Made by a program: the position numbers and the translations under genes
Part shown: positions 51,297 to 62,654 of the stretch, one piece after another
Layout of the letters: the number at the start of each line of letters is the position of its first letter
How positions within the stretch are numbered: position 1 is the stretch's first letter
NCBI GenBank assembly: GCA_964016885.1
Contig: OZ024753.1
Span: 806,001-870,000 of the forward strand
Length of the DNA stretch: 64,000 nt
Direction of reading: 5' to 3'
From: Eledone cirrhosa
Taxonomy: Eukaryota
The notes under the pieces: model-generated
The model's input: only the letters and a program-made list of their open reading frames with translations
Databases searched by the model: none
Told to the model about the DNA's origin: nothing

Positions 51297-54200
51297 AATG
51301 ATGATGATGCTGATGATGATGATAATAATGATGATGGTGATGATGATGGTGATGATGACAGTAGAAGCTTCTAATGAGCACAGGTAAAATTTTAAATGAG
51401 TTCAAAAGATGAAAATAGAGGGTAAAATATAGATTACAAGTAAAAGATACATAAAGTTGAAACAATTGAGGTTGGTCAGCTTTTGTAGAGAGCAGCCAAA
51501 ACTGTTGGAAACGGTTGCGCAGGTCCTCCACCCAGGTTGGCTGTAGAGGAAGAGAAATAAAAATGTCAAGAGAAATAAAAATGTCAAAAGAGAAATATTA
51601 AGCTAAAATGTCATTTGAGTTGTTGTCAGCCTAAATGTCAGCTGTGTAGTAAAGTGTGATTTAAAAACATTTAAGAAAATATGTTCTTTTCTAAGCAAAA
51701 ATTAACAATAAAATGTTCACTTTTATATTTTACTAGCAGTGGTACCCGGCGTTGCACAGGATAAGGTATTTTGGAATGCGGGCCACCAACAGACCTAATC
51801 GTGGAAAAACTGCATGCCTGGACAATATGTAAAGAAAATAAACCTGCATTTTTCTTGCTTCATCGAGGAAAATCTTAAAGATTATCCAGCCATCAGAGTA
51901 TTCGGTTTATTTTCTTTACATATTGTCCAGACATGCAGTTTTTCCACGATTAGGTCTGTTGGTGGCCTGCGTTCTAAAATACCTTATCCTGTGCAACGCC
52001 GGGTACCACTGCTAGTAAGAAATATAATCATAAGTATCGATAGTTTTTGGATCAGCTTCTTTTATAATAGTGAAAGTAGGTGGAAGTAATGTGGGGGGGG
52101 GGGGGGGTAGGATAAAAGAATTTACAAAGGTTGTTAATATTTTACAGAAAGGAAAAAAATATCTTAGATTTATCTAGAATTATTTAAAAGATTTTCTACA
52201 ATAATTTGGTCTTTTTAAAATTTTGACAAAATAGTTTAGTCTCTTACTTTTCATTTGAATTACTAAAAATAAATAGAATTTAAAAATGTGGGCATACCAA
52301 ACAATTCCAGCCCTCTGCAGGGGTTAGTTGGGAGTGAAGAAAGTGACCCTATTTGTGAGTAATAAAATTAATAAAAATAACTCACCTGAAAACTTTAGAT
52401 CTTTAACCCTTTAACATTTACATTACTCCATATTTACAATTATATTTTTATGGTAAAGGCTTTATCTTACGTTATTATCTCACATAATATCGAATCTACG
52501 AGATTTTGATGTTATTTATTTTGAGAACAATACCTTAACATCAGTGTGAGCGGCCAGTTATGGCTGGTTTGAACAGAAAGAGGTGAGAGAATTCTGGTTG
52601 GAAATGGCCAGTTTAAATGCTAAAGAGTTAATTAGAGTATTCAAATTACTTTACCTTGAAGAGTTCTTTATAGGAGGGATGACTCGTTGGGTTCTGAACA
52701 AAAGGTAGAGCATAATAGGGAAGGAACTCTGGTGTCTGACTCAGCTCAGCACCTTGGGTCTCTAAAAAGTTCTTAAATGTAGCCATTGATTGTTCACTCT
52801 CCTGAAATAGAAACAAAAAGAGTAAAGATAAGTATTCATAAAATATATATATTTATTTATATCATGTAAATACAATTTAATAGAAAAAGAAAAAAAAAAT
52901 AGATTGAGAAGAAAGAATGGAATGTAAAATAAGAAAATATAAAAAGAAAACGGAAAAGGAAGGGTAAGGCAATGGCTCTAGTGTCACAGAAGAATGGGGA
53001 GAGGAAGGGGGATTGGGCTCTCGGTTTAGGGCTCGGTGGTAATGGGGCAGTGCTCCATGGACAAGCCTGCAAAGGCATTCCCACAGACAATGGCTCGCAA
53101 CACCCACCCCACCTCGCGGGGCTCCTGTTTTTTACTTTATTTGTGTCAAAGACATGACAACTTCCCTAGTGTTGGTGATCGACATGATAAACACACTCAG
53201 AACACTCTATAAAGTAGATGGTAACAGGAAGAGCATCCAGCAATAGAAAAGCTGCCAAACACAGGGTTGAGAGAACTCTTCAGCTGTATCAAAGACATGA
53301 CAACTTTCCTAGTCCTGGCACCATGATAAAATGCACTCAGTAGAGCATGGGGAAATATGTAAGTAAGGTGTAGGTCACAGCCCTATCTGAGATGTCAGTA
53401 GCCTACTTGAGTAATGATTGTGAAGACCTCTCCAATTCTTACTAGCTAGAAAACATACATGAGATGATGATGAAGAGAGTATAAGTATATTCAGTATTGA
53501 GAGTATATTTAGTATTGTGGGTGATATTTAACCCCAGGACAACCCTAATCCAGCAGAACTATGATCAAAAACATTCCAATTCAAATTAACCCATCTTTTG
53601 CTATCAGGCATAATATACTTAGGAGTAATTATCTAATATTACAATGGCAAGTTTGGATGGTCGAGTGGCTAATGTTGTGGACAATAAATTGTGAAGTTAC
53701 TTAAAATCAGTGCCCTAGATATGCTACATAACCATTTAGCATTTAAACGGCTGTATCCGACCAGAATTTTTTCACCTCTTTCTGGCCGCTCATACTTATG
53801 TTAAGGTATTGTTCTCAAAATAAATAATATCAAAATCTCATATATTCGATATTATGTGAGATAATTATGCGAGGTAAAGCCTTTTCTATGAAAATCTGAT
53901 AGTAAAATAAAGTAATGTAAATGCTAAAGGGAGAAACAACCACCTGACCGTGATCTAGGATGGCCAAGGTAAATGTAAAGGGAAGTGGTAGGAAAAATGT
54001 ACTGCTCAACTCAATCTGCTAGAAAGAACAGCTTAATTTTCCTCAAATCACACATTTCCATCTTTAGAAAAAAAAAGACATATTGGTCAAAATAAGTTAT
54101 AAAATATAAGATCAATATTATCGATCAAAACCTTTCAATGTGGTTCTCCAGCATGGCTAACACACCACTGACTGAAACTAGTAACTGAAATAACTCTCAA

Positions 54201-55796
54201 CATCTCTGTACTACATGAAACCAAATTAGCAAGACATTTGAATTAACAAACCCATTTGTAGGTATTTGCTGCTAAATTGTTACAGGATGTTACGAGTTAA
54301 ATAATGATGATGGTGATGATGATGATATTGATTTAGAATTCAGTAGTGTTTATTTTTTTTACTTTTGTTGGTAACTTGTGACGCATAGGATAAACAGCAA
54401 AATGAATCCATAGAGTGAACTCCAGTTTCTTAGCAACCACGTCATTACTACGAATATCTTGAGGAATGTTTGCATTCCATTCACGGAGAAAATCCTTCCT
54501 TTTTCCTAAATCAAAATATTCCAGGACATTTTTCTGAAACAACATAATGTACATATAATGAACAATTACCAAACAGGAGGTAAAAATGAAAAAAACAATG
54601 TCTGACATGTCAACAGATATTTGATAAAATGTCCGATATATCAACAGATATTTGATAAAATGTTTGATATGTCAACAGATATTTGATAAAATGTCCGATA
54701 TATCAATAGATATTTGATAAAATGTCTGATATATCAACAGATATTTGATAAAATGTTTGATATGTCAACAGATATTTGATAAAATGTCTGATATATCAAC
54801 AGATATTTGATAAAATGTTTGATATGTCAACAGATATTTGATAAAATGTCTGATATGTCAAAAGATATTTCATAAAATGTTTGGGGCTGGGGTCCTTCCT
54901 GGAAGCAGAAGGGCACAGTGATGCTGCATAAGGGGAAGCAGGAAATAGGTAAGTCTCGTAGACTCTTCTAGCCTTCTTGTCAACAATCAGCTGGAACAGC
55001 AGGTTGTGCTTTCTGCTCGTATGGTTATATTTTCTGGTCAGGGGGTAGAGTTAGCCTGGGTGCTTACAAACTTTGATATACTTCAATCTGGACAAGATCA
55101 ACCAGTGAGATATCTTTTTATCACAAAATATTTCCTATGTCAATGAATATTTGATACACTGTTTGATGTACCAACATATATGTAATCAACATGCATATAT
55201 ATATATCAGCCTCTATGTGGTTTCTCATTGGCTTGAAATAGCAGCTAAAACTCCCTCACACCACACCCAACCATCTTAAAAAGATGAGAGGGCATATTGA
55301 ATAAAGTAGTCATGGATATACAAAATGTATATTGCTGTCAACAATTACTTCAAAGTTGCTAATATCTTTAGATACTATGAGAGAATATGACTGCTTAACT
55401 CTTTGGGGATTGTCTTTCTGTTGACCACTGGCCACTGGTCCCTGTCCTCTGAGGCATTTTTGCCTATCCTGTCTTTGACAGGATTTAGCTGTTTTAATGG
55501 CTGTTCTAGCAATGTGTTTTCTCATTTTTATATATATTCAAATACACTCTCCCTTTGTCTCGGTTGGAAACAACATTGCTTTTTCAACATGAAAGGACCT
55601 ATTACTTTTATCTAAAGACATTTCTTTCCAATTCCATCCCGCCCGTCCCCTTAATCTATTTTATTTCTCATTCTTTCTTCTGATGAAGGAGTAACGTCCG
55701 AAACGTTAAGACCCTCTTCCTGCTATATCAAGCGTTAACCTAATATATACCTTCCATATACTGTACCGATTGTGTTGTTATTTCTGTTTACCTTTT

Positions 55797-55844
<48 letters not shown>

Positions 55845-58800
55845 AGAATAACATTGAAAAAGATGCTGATATTACATAAATCGTTTATTCATTCCGAGGT
55901 TAACTTTGCCTTTCATCCTTACGGGGTCGATAAAATAAAGTACCAGTAATGAACTGGGGTAATTGCTGGCCTTGTGCCAAACGTAGAAACAATTATATAT
56001 ATAATTGTTTCTACTTTAGGCACAAGGCCAGCAATTACCCCAGTGCATTACTGGTACTTTATTTTATCGACCCCGTAAGGATGAAAGGCAAAGTTAACCT
56101 CGGCGGGATTTGAACTCAGATCGTAAAGGGACGTAACTATGCTGGAAAGCATGGCGTCCGACCCTCTACCGATACTGCCAATCCACCGTAACTATATATA
56201 ATGGGGAGGAATAAGATGACAAAACAATAATTACTTGATTAACTTTTTTCTGGTCATCTAGAATTAAATCTGGTGAAATATCACAAATTGATTTAGATTT
56301 TTGCTTACATTCTTCAATAAATGCTTGTTGAGATTGCTCATAACCTCCAAACTCTAGATACTGAAATTATAGAAGAGAGAAGAGAGAAGATAATTAGGTA
56401 ATCAGTGAAGTAATACTGATGTAGGATCTGTCTGTTTGTCCATCCATCTGTTTAGATGAACATATGGACATACATACATACATACATACACACACACATG
56501 CATACATACATACACACACACATACATAAATGCATGCATACATACATACATGATGGCTGCCTCCCTCGTTATCAAGTATGGCCATTGCAGGATATAACAT
56601 TATTATTGGTTATCAATTAATTCTATCATGCAATGCCTGTGCGTGAAGATTTTTTTAAAAGTGAGGAAAGACTGTGCACTACATACATACATACATGTAT
56701 GTATGGTCCCATAACCCCCGAGAGTCGTAGGGGCACTGTATTGACATAGAGTGTTTCTTGGGAATTTTTAAGCCTGGCAGATCCCATCCCTCTCCAAGGC
56801 TGAGTACAGCAGATTTCTTCCAAAGAAAGATAGAAAGTGGGAGAGAGGAAATGAGAAAGAGAGATATAGAGAAAGAACTGAACCCAGTACTAGACTGGTA
56901 TGTTTTTATCGACCTCAAAAGGTAAAGTTGACCTCGGCGGGATTTGAACTGAGAGAGCAGAGAGCCAGAACGAATACCATAAAGCAATCTATCCGACGTT
57001 CTAATAACTCTGCCAATTTGCCACTGAAACATGCATATATACAAACTATGGCTATATAAAAGATGTAGTAGGATCAGAGGTAAGCTATCTAAGAATGTAA
57101 ATTTTATATGTGGCCGATGCTCAGGTGCAGTAGGTGGCAAGGACCCACTGGATGATATCTCCTTCAACTGCCCAGATGGCTCTATAGAAATTATAGACAC
57201 CTTCTGTTACCTGGGTGACAAAATCAGCAGTGGAGGAGGGTGCTCTGAAAGTGTAGTAGCCAGAGTCAGAACTGGATGGAAAAAGTTCAGAGAGCTAATA
57301 CTGCTGTTGGCCACAAGGGGTTTTTCTCTAAAAATGAAAGGCAGATTGTATGCTGCATGTATACGAACGGCGATATTACATGGTAGTGAGACTTGGGGAT
57401 TGTGTACTGAAGACCTGCGTAGATTAGAAAGAAATGAAGCTTGTATGCTCTGATGGATGTGTAATAGTAATGTGTAAGAAAGGCAAAGCATAAACGAACT
57501 AAGAGGGAAACTAAGCATAGGAGGTATCAAATGTTGTGTTCTGGAGAGGAGATTTCGTTGGTATGGACATGTGATGCATATGAAGGACTACAGCTGTATA
57601 AAAAAGTGCAGGACAATGAAAACTGATGGAAGTTGCGGAGTGGGTAGACCAAGAAAAACCTGGGACAAGGTGATAAAAACTGACCTTGTCCACCTACACC
57701 TCTCTAAGACAATGACACTGGATCGAGACCTTTGGCACCATGCAGTTGTACAGAAGACCCGACTACCATTGCATACAAACCTACAGTCAGTAGGCACCTC
57801 TTAACTCAATGTACACCCCACTGCCACACCCTACCCCATCCTCCCTCTCCCGTTCTGTCCACTGTGTTGATGACGCAACAGTCCACACTGTAAGGTGACT
57901 GTGTAGGAGACACGGTGAAAAGGCTCCCAGTCCACACTGTAAATGTGGTTGGTGTTAGGAAGGGCATCCAGCTGTAAAAAAAACGGCCAGAGACGCTTCC
58001 GTGCAAGCGAGACAAGGTCTCCCGACAATTCCTGCATCAAATGGAACAAAACCGTCTAACCTCTGCTAGCGTGGAAGATGGACGTTAAACGATGATGATG
58101 ATGATGATGATGATGATGGTACATACATACATACATATGTACATGATGATGATGATGATATATATATATATACATATCATCATCATCACCATTGTTTTTT
58201 CTGTCTGCTTTTTTTATGCTGGCATGTGTTAAACAAGATCGTTTAAGGCTATACTTTATGAGCAAATACCTTTCCAGAAGAGGAGCTTGTACTTCAATTT
58301 TTTATAAGGTACTCATTCTTCATTGACCTTCATTGGATCACTAAGCTGCAGCACACATACACATGAGCATGTGTATGTGTCAAAAACACACACACACATT
58401 TGCAGCACACATACATGTAAGCATGTTTGCTTGCAAACACACACACATTTGATACACAAACATATCATCATCATCACTGTTTAACGTCCATTTTTCCATA
58501 GTAGCATGGGTTAGAAGAGTTGTCCCATTGAGAGATCAGATGACTGTGTTTTGCTCACACGGAAATGTTTCTGGCTCGGTTTCTATCACCTGATGCCCTT
58601 CCTAATACCAACCACATTTAAATAAGCAGTGGTAGATGTAAGCAATAAGAAGCATTGGTAGTGCTGCAGCTAGACATGAGATATGTTTTCACCACCTCTG
58701 CCCAGGTCTTCTTTGGTCATCTTCTACTACAGCTTCTTTCCACTAGGAACTCCTGGTATTTCTTCACTCAGCAGTCATCATCCATCACATGATCACACCT

Positions 58801-58999
58801 CTAATCTTCTCTCCTGCACACTCCATTTGATTCCTCTTATAACTAGTTTTTCTCTCAGCCCATCAATACTTTGCTATTCATCACACATCCATCAAATATG
58901 TTCACTGGAAACATGAATGACAACACTTACCTCTTTAACAATAGCATTTAACTCTCCTTCAAATGCAACAACAGGCCAAGGTCTCACAGAACCAGACAT
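36092..58999 (-). CDS. ARMC9: LisH domain-containing armadillo-repeat protein ARMC9 (ciliary/basal body; Joubert syndrome gene orthologue); 23 coding exons traced, terminal exon uncertain
   Basis: Exons join in frame (2371 nt). Peptides recognisable from vertebrate ARMC9: ELNAIVKE|YLEF (LisH), [99 protein letters not shown]. Confidence 0.95.
36518..36620 (-). CDS. ARMC9: ARMC9 coding exon 22
   Basis: [34 protein letters not shown]; phases fit; gtaagt donor. Confidence 0.8.
37347..37456 (-). CDS. ARMC9: ARMC9 coding exon 21
   Basis: [36 protein letters not shown]; phases fit; gtaagt donor. Confidence 0.82.
37565..37793. mobile_element. piggyBac-type MITE (~230 bp), representative copy; others near 9430, 24530, 27945, 38190, 45000, 46040, 50208, 52403, 53730, 59073, 59630, 59832
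   Basis: TTAA|CCCTTTAGCATTTA ... TAAATGCTAAAGGG|TTAA termini and shared internal sequence. Confidence 0.85.
38497..38591 (-). CDS. ARMC9: ARMC9 coding exon 20
   Basis: [31 protein letters not shown]. Confidence 0.9.
39167..39280 (-). CDS. ARMC9: ARMC9 coding exon 19
   Basis: [38 protein letters not shown]. Confidence 0.92.
39411..39805. repeat. ~26-29-bp minisatellite, ARMC9 intron 18
   Basis: Unit ctggtagaacacatcccctcaccagat, with variants. Confidence 0.95.
40351..40409 (-). CDS. ARMC9: ARMC9 coding exon 18 (acidic tract)
   Basis: [20 protein letters not shown]. Confidence 0.88.
41015..41099 (-). CDS. ARMC9: ARMC9 coding exon 17
   Basis: [28 protein letters not shown]. Confidence 0.92.
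41180..41720 (+). mobile_element. mariner (DD34D) transposase remnant in ARMC9 intron 16
   Basis: [18 protein letters not shown]-34-D spacing ending [23 protein letters not shown]; frameshifted. Confidence 0.92.
41799..41873 (-). CDS. ARMC9: ARMC9 coding exon 16
   Basis: [25 protein letters not shown]; phase-0 donor gtaggt. Confidence 0.92.
42272..42354 (-). CDS. ARMC9: ARMC9 coding exon 15
   Basis: [28 protein letters not shown]. Confidence 0.9.
42487..42810. repeat. Degenerate (CAA/CAG/TAA)n trinucleotide tract
   Basis: Direct reading. Confidence 0.9.
42838..42977 (-). CDS. ARMC9: ARMC9 coding exon 14
   Basis: [47 protein letters not shown]. Confidence 0.95.
43110..43815 (+). mobile_element. 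Degenerate LINE RT fragment of a different (BovB-like) RTE family
   Basis: PTFDEI...[11 protein letters not shown]...QDWVDA...[12 protein letters not shown]...ETQCGFR. Confidence 0.85.
44094..44217 (-). CDS. ARMC9: ARMC9 coding exon 13
   Basis: [41 protein letters not shown]. Confidence 0.93.
44509..44599 (-). CDS. ARMC9: ARMC9 coding exon 12
   Basis: [30 protein letters not shown]; donor chosen to give phase 1, matching the next exon. Confidence 0.88.
44645..44908. mobile_element. Second TTAA-flanked MITE family (related copies near 1417, 24422/24750, 25957, 26406)
   Basis: ttaaccctttcgttaccatatttct...caagggttaa. Confidence 0.7.
45300..45398 (-). CDS. ARMC9: ARMC9 coding exon 11
   Basis: [33 protein letters not shown]. 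Confidence 0.9.
45738..45945 (-). mobile_element. LINE RT fragment
   Basis: VDIEKAYD...[12 protein letters not shown]...[14 protein letters not shown]. Confidence 0.75.
46227..46338 (-). CDS. ARMC9: ARMC9 coding exon 10
   Basis: [37 protein letters not shown]. Confidence 0.93.
47423..48661. repeat. 22-bp minisatellite, ~56 copies, ARMC9 intron 9
   Basis: Unit actgttctatgtaataaatta(c/g/a). Confidence 0.98.
48724..48842 (-). CDS. ARMC9: ARMC9 coding exon 9
   Basis: [39 protein letters not shown]. Confidence 0.93.
49660..49734 (-). CDS. ARMC9: ARMC9 coding exon 8
   Basis: [25 protein letters not shown]. Confidence 0.93.
50099..50190 (-). CDS. ARMC9: ARMC9 coding exon 7 (coiled coil)
   Basis: [31 protein letters not shown]. 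Confidence 0.9.
50491..50515 (-). CDS. ARMC9: ARMC9 coding exon 6 (25-nt microexon)
   Basis: cttag|AGAGGATCGCCATCACAGATTGAAG|gtatgt; needed to bridge phase 0 to phase 1. Confidence 0.8.
50930..51360. repeat. (TGA)n microsatellite; a similar tract lies at 44230-44400
   Basis: Direct reading. Confidence 0.98.
51451..51540 (-). CDS. ARMC9: ARMC9 coding exon 5
   Basis: [30 protein letters not shown]. Confidence 0.9.
52655..52801 (-). CDS. ARMC9: ARMC9 coding exon 4
   Basis: [49 protein letters not shown]. Confidence 0.95.
54363..54533 (-). CDS. ARMC9: ARMC9 coding exon 3
   Basis: [57 protein letters not shown]. Confidence 0.93.
54597..54882. repeat. 31-bp minisatellite, ~9 copies
   Basis: Unit gatatatcaacagatatttgataaaatgtct. 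Confidence 0.95.
55676..55711 (+). ncRNA. Candidate minimal type I hammerhead ribozyme (Penelope/retrozyme type)
   Basis: TCTT-CTGATGA-aGGAgtaacgTCC-GAAAC-GTT-AAGA: both core boxes intact, 4-bp stem I, 3-bp stem II, palindromic AACGTT in place of stem III. Confidence 0.6.
56235..56360 (-). CDS. ARMC9: ARMC9 coding exon 2 (LisH)
   Basis: [42 protein letters not shown], 126 nt. Confidence 0.92.
57035..58117 (+). mobile_element. RTE LINE 3' fragment in ARMC9 intron 1 (antisense to gene)
   Basis: Similar to ~30720-31822; [23 protein letters not shown]; (TGA)n tail. Confidence 0.92.
58931..58999 (-). CDS. ARMC9: ARMC9 coding exon 1
   Basis: tatttcag|gtt ATG; [23 protein letters not shown]; gtaagt donor. 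The acceptor 3 nt before the ATG implies an upstream non-coding exon. Confidence 0.9.
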
Positions 59000-60790
59000 A
59001 ACCTGAAATATATATTAGTCTTTTTCATATATTTTATGGCTTTAAACTAATATTTTAAAACTAATTTTTATTTAACCCTTTAGAATTTTCATTACTCTAT
59101 ATATACTATTATATTTTTATGGTAAAGGCTTTACCTCACATAATTTTCTCACATAATATTGAATCTATGAGATTTTGATATTATTTATTTTGAGAACAAT
59201 ACCATAAAATAAGTATTAGCAGCCAGTTACAGCCGGTTTGAACAGAAAGAGGTGAGATACAGTTGGTTTAAATGATAAATATATATTAGAAAATCTTAGA
59301 TAAATTCAATGTAGGTAAACACAGTGCATAAACCTTGCTGTGGAAGCAGAAACAAATGTCAAAAGCATTCTGTTATTGACTTGACTTTGTGCCCAGAAAA
59401 AACCAGAGGGGAGAGAGAAGGAGAAACCTTTCAGTATTAGACTGGCTACTTTTATTTATAAATCCCATAAAGATTGAAAGGCATATAATACGAAAATATG
59501 CTGACGCACTGCTTTTTCATAACGCAGCAAATTTCCTGCAGGGATAATTTCACTACACACATTAATAGAATCAAATGTTATTTCTGTTTGTCTATCTTTC
59601 TCTTGCTACTGTCCAATCTTTCTGACTTTACCCCTTTAATGTTCAAACCGGCCAGAATTCTCTACCTCTTTCTGTTGAAACTGGCTGGTTGCTCAAATGT
59701 TAATGTATTGTTCTCAAAATAAATACTTTCAAAATCTCATAGATTCAATAATATGTGAGTTAATTATGCGAGTTAAAGCTTTTACCATGAAAATATAATA
59801 GTAAATATAGAGTAATGTAAATGGTAAAGGCTTAACCCTTTAACATTTAAACCGGCTAGAATTCTCTCACCTTTTTCTGTTCAAATCAGCTGTAACTGGC
59901 AGCTCATACTTATGTTAAGGTATTGTTCTCAAAATAAATAATATCAAAATCTCCTAGATTTGATATTATGTGAGATAGTTATGTGAGGTAAAGCCTTTAC
60001 CATGAAAATATAATAGTATATATAGAGTAATGTAAATGCTAAAGGGTTAATCAGTTCTTGTAGTGCTCTATAAATATTACTAATTAGTTTATTGCTTCAT
60101 TAGCTATTTCTAAGTACAACTAATTAACTAAGTAAATAGAATGCTGGATATTATCCCACTTCATATCAGCCATTGAATTACTAATTTTCTAGAACCAATG
60201 TAAATATCAGCCATTCAATTACTAATTTTCTAGTACCAATGTAAATAGTGAATTTTGTAAATTCTAAAATCTGGCTTCTTTATTTTTCACCAACTTGATA
60301 ATGAACAACTTAAGTTATATAATTAAATTCCTCCAAATTCTTAATTATTTTCAAAGTGGAAGCTGCTTATTGTGATCATTTAGGGATGGATTATTTAGCT
60401 AACAATGACAGACCGATAACATTAAGCAATGGATATAACAATATTCTGAGCATGTTTGGGACCCTCTAATTTTAATAATAATAGCCATTTCATAATGGAA
60501 TGTGAATATAAGCAGCCGAAATGGGTTCCTCCGAAGGGTCTTCAGAGTAATGTTACTCAGAGATCAGAGAGTCACTCCAGGTAGAGCCACTACTTCTCCA
60601 AACTGAGAGATCACAGCTCTGAAACTATGGGCATGTGGTTCGTGTGGCCAATCGTTCTTAGGAGACACTGGGGCCTTATTTATCATAGGATGGGGGTTAT
60701 TTTGGAGAAGTACACACCATCACATTTACAGTTATGTCAAACACTATCTTTAATGTTAAAACAGTACTATACAGATAAGACACCTACCAC

Positions 60791-62168
60791 TTGTTAAAAC
60801 TGTACTATACTGTAATGTTAGAATTGTATTATACTGTAATGTTAAAACTGTACTATACTGTAATGTTAAAACTGTACTATACTGTAATGTTAAAACTGTA
60901 CTATACTGTAATGTTAAAACTGTACTATACTGTAATGTTAAAACTATACTATACTGTAATGTTAAAACTGTACTATACTGTAATGTTAAAACTATACTAT
61001 ACTGTAATGTTAAAACTATACTATACTGTAATGTTAAAACTGTACTATACTGTAATGTTAAAACTGTACTATACTGTAATGTTAAAACTGTACTATACTG
61101 TAATGTTAAAACTGTACTATACTGTAATGTTAGAATTGTACTATACTGTAATGTTAAAACTGTACTATACTGTAATGTTAAAACTGTACTATACTGTAAT
61201 GTTAAAACTATACTATACTGTAATGTTAAAACTATACTATACTGTAATGTTAAAACTGTACTATACTGTAATGTTAAAACTGTACTATACTGTAATGTTA
61301 GAATTGTACTATACTGTAATGTTAAAACTGTACTATACTGTAATGTTAAAACTGTACTATACTGTAATGTTAAAACTGTACTATACTGTAATGTTAAAAC
61401 TATACTATACTGTAATGTTAAAACTGTACTATACTGTAATGTTAAAACTGTACTATACTGTAATGTTAAAACTATACTATACTGTAATGTTAAAACTGTA
61501 CTATACTGTAATGTTAAAACTGTACTATACTGTAATGTTAAAACTGTACTATACTGTAATGTTAAAACTGTACTATACTGTAATGTTAAAACTGTACTAT
61601 ACTGTCTGTAATGTTAAAACTGTACTATACTGTAATGTTAAAACTGTACTATACTGTCTGTAATGTTAAAACTGTACTATACTGTAATGTTAAAACTGTA
61701 CTATACTGTAATGTTAAAACTGTACTATACTGTAATGTTAAAACTATACTATACTGTAATGTTAAAACTGTACTATACTGTAATGTTAAAACTGTACTAT
61801 ACTGTAATATTAAAACTATACTATACTGTAATGTTAAAACTATACTATACTGTAATGTTAAAACTATACTATACTGTAATGTTAAAACTATACTATACTG
61901 TAATGTTAAAACTGTACTATACTGTAATGTTAAAACTATACTATACTGTAATGTTAAAACTGTACTATACTGTAATGTTAAAACTGTACTATACTGTAAT
62001 GTTAAAACTATACTATACTGTAATGTTAAAACTGTACTATACTGTAATGTTAAAACTGTACTATACTGTAATGTTAAAACTGTACTATACTGTAATGTTA
62101 AAACTGTACTATACTGTAATGTTAAAACTGTACTATACTGTCTGTAATGTTAAAACTGTACTATACTG
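60791..62168. repeat. 24-bp minisatellite, ~57 copies, in the inferred 5' UTR intron of ARMC9
   Basis: Unit tgtaatgttaaaact(g/a)tactatac, occasional 4-bp tgtc insertions. Confidence 0.98.
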
Positions 62169-62176
62169 ACGATCTT

Positions 62177-62654
62177 ACCCTGTGCCCCTGGATAAGTGGT
62201 AGGTGTCTCAGTCAGTGACTCTTTTGCGTCTTCCCACATCCGGGATTCTGTGGTTAGGGTGAGAGCTACTGCTTCCATAGCCGAAAGGAACAAAATTATG
62301 AAATACTGAGATCTGTAGGTTAACTACCTTTTCCAGCCAGTGGCGGTCGAGACGTTTGGGGAAGTTGGACCGCTAACTGCGAGGTTCTTGTCTTCACTGG
62401 CGGTTCGCATAACCGAAGTAACCAGTGGTGGTTGTGAGGGTGCTTGGCTGTTTCAGCGCATCAGCCACGCCATCACCCGAAGTAACGCTGCTAACTTGCC
62501 TAAAAAAATATTAGAGAGGTCCCAGTGCTCCTCGCGATATCGTTATCTTTTGTTCTGGCAGCTGTTCGTTTGTCTACTCCTTTCAGTGTTTTTATTTTGT
62601 AATATTATTTATACAATTGTGAATAAAATTAAAAAATATATCATTATTTTTTTC
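62177..62654 (+). mobile_element. 5'-truncated CRE-like non-LTR retrotransposon (restriction-like endonuclease C-terminus plus 3' UTR)
   Basis: TLCPWISGRCL...AERNKIMKY...FQPVAVETFG...WLFQRISHAITRSNAA; flanked by a ~44-bp direct repeat. Confidence 0.75.

Noticed and set aside
50872-51450. Poly-His / poly-Met ORFs
   Set aside because: (TGA)n tract in an intron; only 51451-51540 is exonic.
60791-62169. Long ORFs of repeated MLKLYYTV / CNVKTVLY
   Set aside because: Translation of a stop-free 24-bp minisatellite; no splice signals or coding context.
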